A stretch of 64,000 nucleotides of DNA from the NCBI GenBank assembly GCA_964540825.1, contig CAZINT010000003.1:147250-211249 (forward strand). The letters run 5' to 3'. Below the pieces are notes generated by a model. The model was not told the DNA's origin and made no database searches. It saw only the letters and a program-made list of their open reading frames with translations. The translations under genes and the position numbers were made by a program. How positions within the stretch are numbered: the stretch's first letter is position 1; the number at the start of each line of letters is the position of its first letter. Below, one piece after another: positions 27,663-37,003 of this stretch. This DNA comes from an uncultured Gammaproteobacteria bacterium. Lineage in GTDB: Bacteria > Patescibacteriota > Patescibacteriia > Magasanikbacterales > GWA2-37-8.

Positions 27663-27700
27663 ACTCCTGCAAAAGAAATGCTGCAGGAGTTTTTTTAATC
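27663..27700. terminator. Perfect bidirectional hairpin terminator
   Basis: aaaaactcctgca-aaagaaatg-ctgcaggagttttttt. Confidence 0.65.
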
Positions 27701-27748
27701 GACGGCCAAATTGTATATTCTTTCTTTTCTCCCAAAATTTTTCTTAGG

Positions 27749-27779
27749 AGCAGAGAAAGAAGACTCAATGAATGAGTCT
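27749..27779 (-). terminator. Conserved family terminator (AGACTCA-atgaa-TGAGTCT + TTCTTTCTCTGC)
   Basis: Same motif class. Confidence 0.5.
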
Positions 27780-27823
27780 CGGCAGGTGAATCAAAGAGCG
27801 ATGGGCAGGTTGTGGTTCAAAAC

Positions 27824-28903
27824 CTACGGCAGGCGCAGTTGCTGCGGCCGAGGCGTTCCGGGGAGGAGCGGGAGGCTCAGGCCAGGTGTAGGTAAGCGCA
27901 GTTGCCCGGGGGGAGGAGCAGTGACGGGGGTGAGTATCACCGCTCCTAGAGCGGCAGTGCCAGCGGCCGGAATGAGATTCCAGACCTGCCGGGTGGCCAC
28001 ATCGATCACCTTCAGGCACCTTGCTGGAGCAGCAGCACAGGCTGTGCCAATCGCAGCGGCAGCCTCAACAACGTAGAATGCTCCAAGAAAGCCGACAATA
28101 GCACCGGCTGCAATGGCGCCGTTAACAGCGACTTGGGTTGGAGTTTCGAACGAAGGGATAGGTCCTCCAGCGCCATCGGTCAATACCAACCCGCTACCGG
28201 GTGGATGGAGGCGGAGGGCTTCAGAGGAAGGGTAGAGAGGAGTCAAAGCAGGCTGCGGCGCAAGCAAGCCGGGCTGCGGCACCGCTTCGCGCCTTAAGCC
28301 CAGCACACGTTTCCACAAAGGCGCCTGCGCCGCCTCAAATTGCTGCTGCTCCTGCACATCCCCTTCTCCGGGGCACCGCAGCGCTTCCCACCGGAGGTTT
28401 GCGGGCGGATATACGCCTGACTCACAAAAATTCAACGATAACAAGTGAGACATTTCTATATCCTTCCACCAACTATTAGGGTCCAGCGTCAGCCTACGCA
28501 GCGGCTTGGGGTTGTATACAACCCACTGATTGGGCGTTTCTGGCGACACCAGTTCACCCATTATCTCGTGATCATCTTCTGTTCGCGGCGAAATGTGCCT
28601 TGTAGCACCAACCCGCACCGGGATGTCACCAATCTTGCAAAATCGAGCTGGGCCGGCTTGCAGCGCACCACCATACTTTTTCCAGAGCACCCAGACCTGT
28701 TGCACACCTGTGTCAAGACTATTCTTTTTGACCGCAACAAATTCCCTGCCCTGTTTGACCAACCCCAGGTCGAACGTGAGTCGGTAAAAATGGATTATGT
28801 TGCACTGGGCCGGCTCAAAGGGAGCCTGTGCAAAAGCTGCCTTCGATATTCCCAGCACGACACATATCAACAAAAGAGCACGAAAATACACAGGCAAGGA
28901 CAT
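27824..28903 (-). CDS. Secreted modular protein, type-B C-terminal module (about 170-aa unique N-domain)
   Basis: SD GAGGTGAT; signal peptide MSLPVYFRALLLICVVLGISKAAFAQA; C-terminus ETPTQVAVNGAIAAGAIVGFLGAFYVVEAAAAIGTACAAAPARCLKVIDVATRQVWNLIPAAGTAALGAVILTP + LP-rich tail. Confidence 0.7.
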   Translation of the reverse strand: MSLPVYFRALLLICVVLGISKAAFAQAPFEPAQCNIIHFYRLTFDLGLVKQGREFVAVKKNSLDTGVQQVWVLWKKYGGALQAGPARFCKIGDIPVRVGATRHISPRTEDDHEIMGELVSPETPNQWVVYNPKPLRRLTLDPNSWWKDIEMSHLLSLNFCESGVYPPANLRWEALRCPGEGDVQEQQQFEAAQAPLWKRVLGLRREAVPQPGLLAPQPALTPLYPSSEALRLHPPGSGLVLTDGAGGPIPSFETPTQVAVNGAIAAGAIVGFLGAFYVVEAAAAIGTACAAAPARCLKVIDVATRQVWNLIPAAGTAALGAVILTPVTAPPPGQLRLPTPGLSLPLLPGTPRPQQLRLP

Positions 28904-28978
28904 GGATCACCTCGTTTAATCGTCTGAGCAAAACAGTTACACATACAACCAAAATTGTCAATAGTTTTGAGGTAATTA

Positions 28979-29013
28979 AAAGACTCCTACCGCAAAAATC
29001 TTGTAGGAGTCCA
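28979..29013 (-). terminator. Terminator of asnS
   Basis: gactcctac-cgcaaaaatctt-gtaggagtc followed on the minus strand by TTTTAATT. Confidence 0.5.
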
Positions 29014-29051
29014 CTAATAAATTATAAGCAAAACCAGTTTTTTTCGCTCTT

Positions 29052-30347
29052 TTACGGCTTCAACCGTCCAATCGTTCTGGGGAACGGAATACACTCTCGA
29101 ATATGCTCTACCCCGCAAACCCAGCGCACGGCGCGCTCTAAGCCGATACCAAAACCTGAATGCGGCACGCTGCCATAACGTCGCAAATCCAAATACCATT
29201 CGTAATCTTCCATATTCAAACCTTCGTGTTTAATACGTTCAATCAATAAATCAACATTGTCCTCACGCTGCGATCCGCCAATCAACTCTCCCCCGCCTTC
29301 GGTAGCAATAAGATCGTCATTCAAAACGAGTTCAGGGTTTACGCTATCGCGTTTCATGTAAAAAGGCTTGATACTCTTCGGCCATTTTTCGATAAAGACC
29401 GGCACCACACTATCTTTCGTGAGCAGCCCCTCATCATCGTTACCAAGGTCTTCACCGTATTTAATATCCGAACCCAGTTCGTTCAATTTTACAATCGCCT
29501 GATCATATGTGTAGCGCGTGAATGGCGCATCTACCGCCGCCAGTTTCGCTGTATCACGCTCAAGAATAGCGAGTTCTGCTTTACAGTGATCCAAACAATA
29601 GCGCACGATCGCGCGAACAAGTCCTTCTTGAATTTGTAAATTTTCTTCATGCTCCACAAATGCAGCTTCCGCATCCATCATCCAAAATTCAGTCAGGTGG
29701 CGTTTGGTTTTACTCTTTTCCGCGCGAAATACCGGGCCAAAATCATAACACCGTCCCACCGAAGCAATCGCGGCTTCAATATATAATTGGCCCGACTGCG
29801 AAAGATAGGCTGTGCCAAGATCAAAATACGGAACAGGAAAAAGGGTCGTTGTTCCTTCACAAGCGTTCGGGGTAAAAATCGGGCTGTCGGCTTTGATAAA
29901 ATTCTGTTCGTGCAGATACTGATTGATCGCCATGATAATCGCGTCGCGCACACGCAGAATCGCCCATTGCTGTTTACTGCGCAGCCACAAGTGACGATTG
30001 TCCATCAGGAAATCCGGGCCATGTTCTTTTTTAGCAATCGGAAAATCTGTGGCCAACTGAATAATCGTGACATCTTTTACTTCAAGTTCATATTGATCTG
30101 GTTTTTTGGGGTGCTGCTTCACAAGACCCGTCACGGTAAGTGACGATTCTTGATTCAATGATTCGATCGCTGTCCACACCGTTTCGGAAACGCCGCTTTT
30201 TGAGGCCACTGCCGAGAGCCAACCAAAACCATCGCGAATTTCAAGGAAAGCAATTGATCCCGACGATCGTTTGTTGTAGAGCCACCCGCGCACGGTTACT
30301 TCTTGACCAACCATTTCACCGATATTTTTAGATAAACAGATAGACAT
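29052..30347 (-). CDS. asnS: Asparaginyl-tRNA synthetase (class IIb aaRS)
   Basis: N-terminal OB anticodon-binding fold, class II motifs (FRAE, GGGELIGGSQRE, GFGIGLER); start placed at MSICLSK to avoid overlap with the divergent gene; 432-aa size fits AsnRS rather than AspRS/LysRS. Confidence 0.8.
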   Translation of the reverse strand: MSICLSKNIGEMVGQEVTVRGWLYNKRSSGSIAFLEIRDGFGWLSAVASKSGVSETVWTAIESLNQESSLTVTGLVKQHPKKPDQYELEVKDVTIIQLATDFPIAKKEHGPDFLMDNRHLWLRSKQQWAILRVRDAIIMAINQYLHEQNFIKADSPIFTPNACEGTTTLFPVPYFDLGTAYLSQSGQLYIEAAIASVGRCYDFGPVFRAEKSKTKRHLTEFWMMDAEAAFVEHEENLQIQEGLVRAIVRYCLDHCKAELAILERDTAKLAAVDAPFTRYTYDQAIVKLNELGSDIKYGEDLGNDDEGLLTKDSVVPVFIEKWPKSIKPFYMKRDSVNPELVLNDDLIATEGGGELIGGSQREDNVDLLIERIKHEGLNMEDYEWYLDLRRYGSVPHSGFGIGLERAVRWVCGVEHIRECIPFPRTIGRLKP

Positions 30348-30462
30348 AAACATTTTTAAAAGCTTTTCTAGCGTAGCTGTTTTTAGCCAAAAAGGCAAGT
30401 GGAAAAGAGAGTTGCAAAAAATACGCGTCACTGTATACTCGACTCAGAATGGAGGGTCCACA

Positions 30463-31329
30463 ATGGTACAGCATTTGAGCGCAGCAGAGATCGTCGACTT
30501 TCTCGAGCGCGAACGAATTTCGCCCTTTCCTATGAAAACCAGCGATCTACTCCCCGGACTTTTGCGGGGGTGGATTCACCTGGTTCAAAATCCGCCCCAG
30601 CTGCCGCGCGCCTGGGAACACGGCAAGGAGACACCGCTCGGCCAGATTCCGGACTACGATCACGGTTATTTTGAACTTGTTGGCCAGGACGATCCTGCCA
30701 ATCCGGACTCGAAGAAGGATCGCAAGCGAGTTCTGCATGTCAGGAAGCATCTGCCGGCGCTTCTTGAAAAACAAAATCCTGCCTTCCTTCGGGAACACGG
30801 CGCTTTGATCTACGCCTCGCTCGAGCTTTTGGAGCGTTCGCTCCACGCCGTTTTGCCGGTCGCCAAGGAGATCGACCTCAGATTCAAAACCGATCTTGCT
30901 CAGCGCCTTTTTACCCCAAAGGACGATCACGTCGTTCGCCATCTGGCGTACACCGAAGTCCGTCCGGATTCGCTCAACGAAGGGGTCATCGGCCAAGGCC
31001 ATCGCGATCGTTCGGCCAAGACCCTTACGGTGCTCGAGACCAGACGCGGAGTTCAGATTATGACTCCGGAGGGCTGGAAAGACATCGTTTCGAGTAGGCC
31101 CGACTGCCCCAACCTCTTCACGTCGGCTAAGACCGAGGTGGCGACAGCTGGCGGTCTCCTGGCCCTTCCCCACCGGGTGGTTTCATACCCAACCGCCAAT
31201 CAGATGGACACCATCCTCGACGAACTCGGGATCGAGCTCCCACCCGAGATCCTCCGCGTGTCCATGATCGTGTTCCTCCACTACCACGGAATCGAGATCC
31301 CTTCCACGTACCAGACCCGGTACCCATAG
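30463..31329 (+). CDS. Hypothetical protein (G+C-rich, no membrane segments)
   Basis: Strong SD GGAGGG 6 nt before ATG 30463; 289 aa; no recognisable family by eye. Confidence 0.5.
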   Translation: MVQHLSAAEIVDFLERERISPFPMKTSDLLPGLLRGWIHLVQNPPQLPRAWEHGKETPLGQIPDYDHGYFELVGQDDPANPDSKKDRKRVLHVRKHLPALLEKQNPAFLREHGALIYASLELLERSLHAVLPVAKEIDLRFKTDLAQRLFTPKDDHVVRHLAYTEVRPDSLNEGVIGQGHRDRSAKTLTVLETRRGVQIMTPEGWKDIVSSRPDCPNLFTSAKTEVATAGGLLALPHRVVSYPTANQMDTILDELGIELPPEILRVSMIVFLHYHGIEIPSTYQTRYP

Positions 31330-31446
31330 ATCCGAAATTTCGCTTCCCCACCAATCCCCGTCGCCTATACAGCAAGGCAGACGGGGATTGCGCACAAACA
31401 CATACCACGTTTTAAGCGCGGTTTTTTTATTACCCAAATAAAATAG

Positions 31447-32190
31447 TTACACGGTGAGTGCAAACCGTTTCGGCGGATTTTTTCCTTGAAAATGATACTG
31501 TAAAAATAAATGCACAAGCTCCAGAACTGACGGAGCAACATTCGCCGGTAACTCCGTCCACGGTGCAGCCAACACTTTTTGAAAATCTTTTTTTTCAGGT
31601 ACACCGAGCGGCACCACCAGCGAATTACCAGCTACTGTCTGCGCCGGCTTCCGGCAAGCTGTATGCACCACTCCCCCTTCGGCAATACTGAAATAACTCG
31701 CTTCTTCCCCGAGCGTTTCTCGGCACACCACACAGGTAGCAAGCTCAGGCTGCCACCCAAGTAATGCAAGCAGCTTCACACTAAAACTCGCCACCAGTAT
31801 TTCGGAGTTTTGTGTGTGCTCGTCGCATGCCTGTAAAAAACTAGCCACGAGCGAAAAAATCCGCGGCTCCGGATGCCTCAGTACTGTAAGGCTATCAACG
31901 AGCGCCAAACAATACGAAACAACCGACATTTTTTCTAAATCGTGTGAAATAGTTCGAAATGTTTGATACGGCTGAGCCGTAATCAAAAGATCCATTTCTT
32001 TGGCCGGCACGCATTCTGTTTCCAAAATAAAAAACGGCAATAAGTATGCCGACAATTTGCTGGTAATTTTTTTAACCCCCCGCGCGAGCACCTCACGCTT
32101 CCCCGACTCATCCGTAAATAAAGTAATAAACTGATCACTTTCACGCAGGTCTTGGCGTTTTAAAACAATAGATAACATAGAAAAGCACAA
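31447..32190 (-). CDS. recO: DNA repair protein RecO
   Basis: 247 aa; N-terminal OB fold (IVLKRQDLRESDQFITLFTDESGK), C-terminal Cys-containing zinc-finger region. Confidence 0.7.
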   Translation of the reverse strand: MCFSMLSIVLKRQDLRESDQFITLFTDESGKREVLARGVKKITSKLSAYLLPFFILETECVPAKEMDLLITAQPYQTFRTISHDLEKMSVVSYCLALVDSLTVLRHPEPRIFSLVASFLQACDEHTQNSEILVASFSVKLLALLGWQPELATCVVCRETLGEEASYFSIAEGGVVHTACRKPAQTVAGNSLVVPLGVPEKKDFQKVLAAPWTELPANVAPSVLELVHLFLQYHFQGKNPPKRFALTV

Positions 32191-32230
32191 AATAAAGAGT
32201 ACAAAGCCGCTCTTTATACTTTTTATTTTG

Positions 32231-32623
32231 TTATTTGCGCTTTAATGATTCAAGATACCCTTCTAAAATTACCATCGCTGCTTTTTCATCGCGGCTTACA
32301 CCGCCCATCGAGCGGTCAGCCTGCTGCGACGAAAAACGTTCGTCAAAAAAAACAAAATTTTGTTTTCTGGTTTGTTCACCCAGTGAAGCGACAAAATCAC
32401 GAACCTGTTTCGTGTGCTCGTTCTCACTACCGTCAAGTCCTAAAGGAAGTCCGACCACGACAAGATCCGGATTCTCTTTGGAGATAAGTTCAATTACCGC
32501 TTCGCCATAGGTATCATTTTTGAGAACCCCAAACGGCAGAACCACATTTACAGTCGTATCAACCCAAGCAACCCCAGTGCGTTTTTGACCAATGTCGAGA
32601 GCAAGAATATTCATACCTACCAC
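32231..32623 (-). CDS. ruvX: Holliday-junction-resolvase-like nuclease YqgF/RuvX
   Basis: 130 aa; ILALDIGQKRTGVA motif and conserved acidic residues. Confidence 0.85.
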   Translation of the reverse strand: MVGMNILALDIGQKRTGVAWVDTTVNVVLPFGVLKNDTYGEAVIELISKENPDLVVVGLPLGLDGSENEHTKQVRDFVASLGEQTRKQNFVFFDERFSSQQADRSMGGVSRDEKAAMVILEGYLESLKRK

Positions 32624-33456
32624 AACACTTCGCTGTCTTCATTCGGCCTCCGAGTCAATACTTCATTACCTTTGGCGGTGATGACTAGCGTATGTTCAAA
32701 ATGAGCACAGAGCGCATTGTCGCGCATCGCAATTGTCCAGCCATCGGGTTTGGCAACCACGCGGTGTTCTTTAGAAATTGAAATCATCGGTTCGATCGCA
32801 ATAACCATGCCCGGCTTTAAAATAACCGATTCTAATCCCGGATCATAATAGTTGGGTACATTTGGTTTCTCGTGAACCTCGTGACCAACACCGTGACCCA
32901 CCAGGTCACGCACCACACCGTAATTACCTTGAGATTTCACATACGTCTCGATCGCTTTACCGATACTCGCGACACTGTTTCCCGGCTGCGCTGCCCGAAT
33001 ACCGACTTCCAGCGCTTCTTTAGTAACACGCAGTAATTCCCGAGTAGCCTCCGGAATTTTGCCAATTGAAAAGGTGATCGCCGTATCCGTATAGTACCCG
33101 CGTTTTCGTTTAGTATTTTTTTGCTTGCTGTTCCCGGCCGGATATTCCATACCGATATCGATGGTAAAAATATCACCGTCTTTCAATTCAACATCTTTGC
33201 GCGGAATAGCATGAACAAGATCGGTGTTCACCGAGGCGCAAATAGTCCCAGGAAAAGGTGTATCACTTGCGTGTGTCATATACCCCTTGAAGGCCGGTTT
33301 GCCGCCCGCCGCCACAATCTTTTTTTCAGCCAAAAGATCAATCGTGTAGGTAGTCATACCGGGTTTACAGAGTGCTTGAAGTTCGCTAAGTATCTCACCC
33401 ATCAATTTCCCTCCCTCGGCAATGAGCGCAATTTCTTTTTTGTTTTTGATTAACAC
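32617..33456 (-). CDS. map: Methionine aminopeptidase type I
   Basis: 279 aa; pita-bread fold motifs (DIGMEY, HGVGHEVHE, metal ligands D/D/H/E/E). Confidence 0.9.
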   Translation of the reverse strand: MLIKNKKEIALIAEGGKLMGEILSELQALCKPGMTTYTIDLLAEKKIVAAGGKPAFKGYMTHASDTPFPGTICASVNTDLVHAIPRKDVELKDGDIFTIDIGMEYPAGNSKQKNTKRKRGYYTDTAITFSIGKIPEATRELLRVTKEALEVGIRAAQPGNSVASIGKAIETYVKSQGNYGVVRDLVGHGVGHEVHEKPNVPNYYDPGLESVILKPGMVIAIEPMISISKEHRVVAKPDGWTIAMRDNALCAHFEHTLVITAKGNEVLTRRPNEDSEVLW

Positions 33457-33481
33457 AGATGAAACAATTAAAAAATAGTCC

Positions 33482-34147
33482 TTACTTTTTTTTCAAAATA
33501 GTTTCAATCGCCTGTTCAACTTCGGCAATTGACTGTCGGCCATCAACTGTTTCGAATGTTTCGCGGGTGGTATAAAATTCTATGATCGGCTTGATCGCTT
33601 TGTTGCCTTGCTGCAAGACACGCTTTCTGACCACATCTTCAGCATCGTCGGCGCGTGTCACCAGCGCTCCACCGCACTTAGGGCATGCCGCCGGGTCTGT
33701 CGCGTCACTGGCGAGGCGCACTATTTCGCCGCACTCGCAGCAAATACGTCTGCGGCCCAAGCGTTCAAACGCTTCTTCGTCGGACAGTGCAACTTCTATT
33801 GCGACCACCTCTTTTTCCAAATCATGTTCTTTAAAATATTTCTGATATTCCTCGGCCTGGGGAATGTTGCGAATAGCCCCGTCGAGGACAACGCCGCGGC
33901 CAGCAGCAAGAGCGCTATCAATCGCACGAAAGGCCAGGCGATAAATCAGCCAATCCGGGACGAGGATTCCCTGCTTCATTTGTTCCATAGCCGTACGCTC
34001 TTCAGGAAGGGCATTTTTATCAGCATCGAGCGCACGCAAAAGGTCACCCGTCGAGATATGGCGATAATTATATTTTTCAGCAATTTTCTTGGCTTGCGTC
34101 CCTTTACCGCTTCCGGGAGGCCCCATGAGAATAACAATCTTTTTCAT
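33482..34147 (-). CDS. adk: Adenylate kinase with zinc lid
   Basis: 221 aa; P-loop GPPGSGKGTQ, lid CCECG...CPKCG. Confidence 0.9.
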   Translation of the reverse strand: MKKIVILMGPPGSGKGTQAKKIAEKYNYRHISTGDLLRALDADKNALPEERTAMEQMKQGILVPDWLIYRLAFRAIDSALAAGRGVVLDGAIRNIPQAEEYQKYFKEHDLEKEVVAIEVALSDEEAFERLGRRRICCECGEIVRLASDATDPAACPKCGGALVTRADDAEDVVRKRVLQQGNKAIKPIIEFYTTRETFETVDGRQSIAEVEQAIETILKKK

Positions 34148-34329
34148 AACGTAAAAACAAAAAAGGCTTTATAACCAGCTTTTATAGAGTCTATACTACC
34201 AAATAGAGCGTAATTGAGCAAGTTTGCAGCCTCAGGCGTTGACATTTTTTAGTCAGTATCGTATACTATGGGGCTTCCTCTCGCTAAAGCTGGTTTATAA
34301 ATGACTGACTTTAAAGGGAGGAATGCGTC

Positions 34330-35088
34330 ATGAACAAACAGCACAATTGGCTGTATATCAGCCTTGGTATTCTTGCGCTTTGCGCAGGTTTTTCTTGGCT
34401 CTTTGATCTAAATCTGGCAGCAAGCGTACATATTTTCTTTGTCTGGCTGCCCATCCTTGTCGGTGGACAGACCCTGTACGGAACACTGGTCACAACACTC
34501 AAAATCGAGCAGGGTCTCGAGATTCCGTTTAGCAGAGTCGTCAAAGACCTCGGCCTCGCGTTCAGTATGTTAGTCGTTGCCCAGGGCAGCACGTGGCGCC
34601 GCTACGGCTGGTTCGATCTGGGTTCGGATTACCTGGATTTGTGGCTATATATCAATTTTGCCACTGTCTTGGCAGTCGGCTGGCAGCTCGGCTACATTGC
34701 TCTGCCCCATCGGCGCCTTCGTTCGATCAGCCGAGCTCTGGGCATTATTTTGACTGCAGGTGTCGGGCTGGCTCTTCTGAAGATTCAGCTGCGCGCACCC
34801 CAGGTTCTCGAAAGGGGCTGGTTCCTGGAAGTGGGCGCAGCGGTCATCGTTTTTTCGCCGCTCCTGCTCAAAGGCACACTCCTGCTCAATAAAAACGATA
34901 CAGCCTTGCAGGCAGCAGCAGAACTTCTGGGGCTCAAAGGCCTCCTCCTTGCCCTCTTTGTTGTATACGCCTGCTGGTATCCGCCGATGCGTACCGGTGA
35001 ACACCCCTACCTTGCGACCCTGCCCATCGGCATCATCGCCGCGAGCCTCCTCGCGAGCACTGGCATTATCTGGCGTAAAAGCCGGTAA
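34330..35088 (+). CDS. Hypothetical polytopic membrane protein (G+C-rich, opposite strand, inserted between adk and secY)
   Basis: 252 aa, about 7 hydrophobic helices; two hairpins downstream (35104..35126, 35132..35160). Confidence 0.5.
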   Translation: MNKQHNWLYISLGILALCAGFSWLFDLNLAASVHIFFVWLPILVGGQTLYGTLVTTLKIEQGLEIPFSRVVKDLGLAFSMLVVAQGSTWRRYGWFDLGSDYLDLWLYINFATVLAVGWQLGYIALPHRRLRSISRALGIILTAGVGLALLKIQLRAPQVLERGWFLEVGAAVIVFSPLLLKGTLLLNKNDTALQAAAELLGLKGLLLALFVVYACWYPPMRTGEHPYLATLPIGIIAASLLASTGIIWRKSR

Positions 35089-35131
35089 GCCTCACCCCCC
35101 CTTGCACCAGGCCTCGCCTGGTGCACAACTA

Positions 35132-35160
35132 AAAAATCCCGATTGCGTCGGGATTTTTTA
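35132..35160. terminator. Bidirectional terminator (serves secY and the membrane-protein gene)
   Basis: aaaaaatcccga-ttgcg-tcgggatttttt. Confidence 0.7.
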
Positions 35161-35171
35161 GTAGAATTCTT

Positions 35172-36449
35172 TTAAACTTTATCGTATTCATGCACCGTCA
35201 GCTGCGCCTCAATCTGTTTAGCAGTTTCAATCGCAACCGCGACCACGATCAGGAGACTCGTTCCGCCAATTCGGAAGCTCTGCGTTCCAGAAATTCCTTC
35301 CACGACAAGCGGCAAGAGAGCAATAAACCCAAGGAAAAGTGCGCCAATCAAATTCAAGCGATTCATGGTCTGACCAATATATTTTTCGGTTTCTTTTCCC
35401 GGACGAATACCTGGAATAAAGCCGCCTTGCTTTTGCAAATTTTCAGCAATTTTCTGGGGGTGAAAAATAACAGCCGTATAGAAGAATGTAAATCCAACGA
35501 CCAGCGCAAAATACAAAGCATCGTAGAAAATCTTATTCTGAAAAAGCGTAATCGTTCCAGCTGCCAAATTAGCGAGCCACAAACTTTTCGCATTTACAAA
35601 AAACTGCGCAATCATGGATGGAAAAAGAATCAGCGAAATGGCAAAGATAATCGGAATAACGCCGGCCATGTTCACGCGGAACGGTAAGTGCGTACTGGCA
35701 CCGCCATAGGCCTGCTGACCACGCATTTGTTTAGCATAGGTTACCGGAATATTGCGCTGTCCTTCGCTAATGAACACCACACCAACGATCGTTACGATTA
35801 TGATGATTGCAAAGACAATGAAAAGTGAAAGATTCGATGGGTCGTAGTTAATAAGCGCGTTGCGCAGCGTCCCCGGGAGCGACGCCACGATACCGGCAAA
35901 GATAAGCAGCGAAACTCCGTTGCCAACTTTTTTTTCGTTGATAAGTTCACCGATCCACATGAGGAACATCGTGCCGGCAGTGATCGTAACCAAAATAGTT
36001 GCGAGGCGGAAAAAGGTAAGATCGGTCAAAATCGGGAGTGACGAAGACTGGGTTAAAAGTCTAATGGTAGCATAACCCTGCAGGAACGCGAGCGGAAGCG
36101 TCAGCCAGCGTGTATACAAACTTAATTTCTGCTGACCGGATTCTCCTTCTTTACTCAGCTCTTCCATACTTGGAATAAGCATGGTCAAAAGCTGAATAAT
36201 AATTGAAGCGGTAATATATGGCCCGACGCCAAGCATGATGATCGAGAAGTTCTGCAGTGTGCCACCCGAAAAAACATTCAACAAACCCAAAATCTGATTA
36301 CCGGCTAAGTAATTACGCAAATTGACAACGTTCACTCCCGGAATTGGAATGTGGGCCAAGAGCCGATACAAAACAAGCATTGCCAAAACAAACAAAAGCT
36401 TGTTGCGAATATCTTTAACTGTCCAAATTTGTTGTAGTTTTTGCCACAT
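35172..36449 (-). CDS. secY: Preprotein translocase SecY
   Basis: 425 aa, 10 TM helices, typical SecY motifs. Confidence 0.95.
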   Translation of the reverse strand: MWQKLQQIWTVKDIRNKLLFVLAMLVLYRLLAHIPIPGVNVVNLRNYLAGNQILGLLNVFSGGTLQNFSIIMLGVGPYITASIIIQLLTMLIPSMEELSKEGESGQQKLSLYTRWLTLPLAFLQGYATIRLLTQSSSLPILTDLTFFRLATILVTITAGTMFLMWIGELINEKKVGNGVSLLIFAGIVASLPGTLRNALINYDPSNLSLFIVFAIIIIVTIVGVVFISEGQRNIPVTYAKQMRGQQAYGGASTHLPFRVNMAGVIPIIFAISLILFPSMIAQFFVNAKSLWLANLAAGTITLFQNKIFYDALYFALVVGFTFFYTAVIFHPQKIAENLQKQGGFIPGIRPGKETEKYIGQTMNRLNLIGALFLGFIALLPLVVEGISGTQSFRIGGTSLLIVVAVAIETAKQIEAQLTVHEYDKV

Positions 36450-36535
36450 AGAAGTAGTTCTTTAAAGCAATAAAGTCCCTACAGTCTCTAAAGTCGACCA
36501 TACGGACTTTAAAACTGAAGTGCTCTTGGCTTCGA

Positions 36536-36973
36536 TTACTTAACTTCACCACCGGCTGCGGTGATTTTTTCAAGTGCCGCTTTGGTGGTTTTGATTCCTT
36601 CGAGTTTAAATTTCTTGGAAACAGTTCCGGAATTCAAAATCTTGGCTGCCTTAGCAGTAGGAGGAATAAGATGCTTTTCCTGTAAAGCGGCAATGGTGAT
36701 GAGGTCGCCAGCAGCAAAATGTTTTTCAAGATCTTCAAGATAGACTTCGCTCGGGCGAATTTTGAAACTCGTAAAGCCGCGCAGTTTTGGAGTAGACTGG
36801 AGGAGACGCTTAAAACTGCGAGCTTGATTGCCGCGCTGACCGCCTGAGCGAGCAGTTTGACCTTTGCCGCCGCGCGTAGCAGACTTACCATGGCCCGATG
36901 CGTCACCGCGACCAACGCGTTTTACGCGGTGCTTGGCGCCTTTGGCTGCTTTGATTGTGTGAGGTTGTAACAT
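36536..36973 (-). CDS. rplO: 50S ribosomal protein L15
   Basis: 145 aa, Gly/Arg-rich N-terminus. Confidence 0.9.
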   Translation of the reverse strand: MLQPHTIKAAKGAKHRVKRVGRGDASGHGKSATRGGKGQTARSGGQRGNQARSFKRLLQSTPKLRGFTSFKIRPSEVYLEDLEKHFAAGDLITIAALQEKHLIPPTAKAAKILNSGTVSKKFKLEGIKTTKAALEKITAAGGEVK

Positions 36974-37003
36974 ACAAATGTAATTAGATAGCGGCGCTAA
37001 GCG

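Noticed and set aside
30348-30431. Longer asnS start at 30431
   Set aside because: It would overlap the divergent gene whose strong SD/ATG is at 30463 and would add a non-conserved Cys/Phe-rich N-terminus; the Met at 30347 gives a typical AsnRS length.
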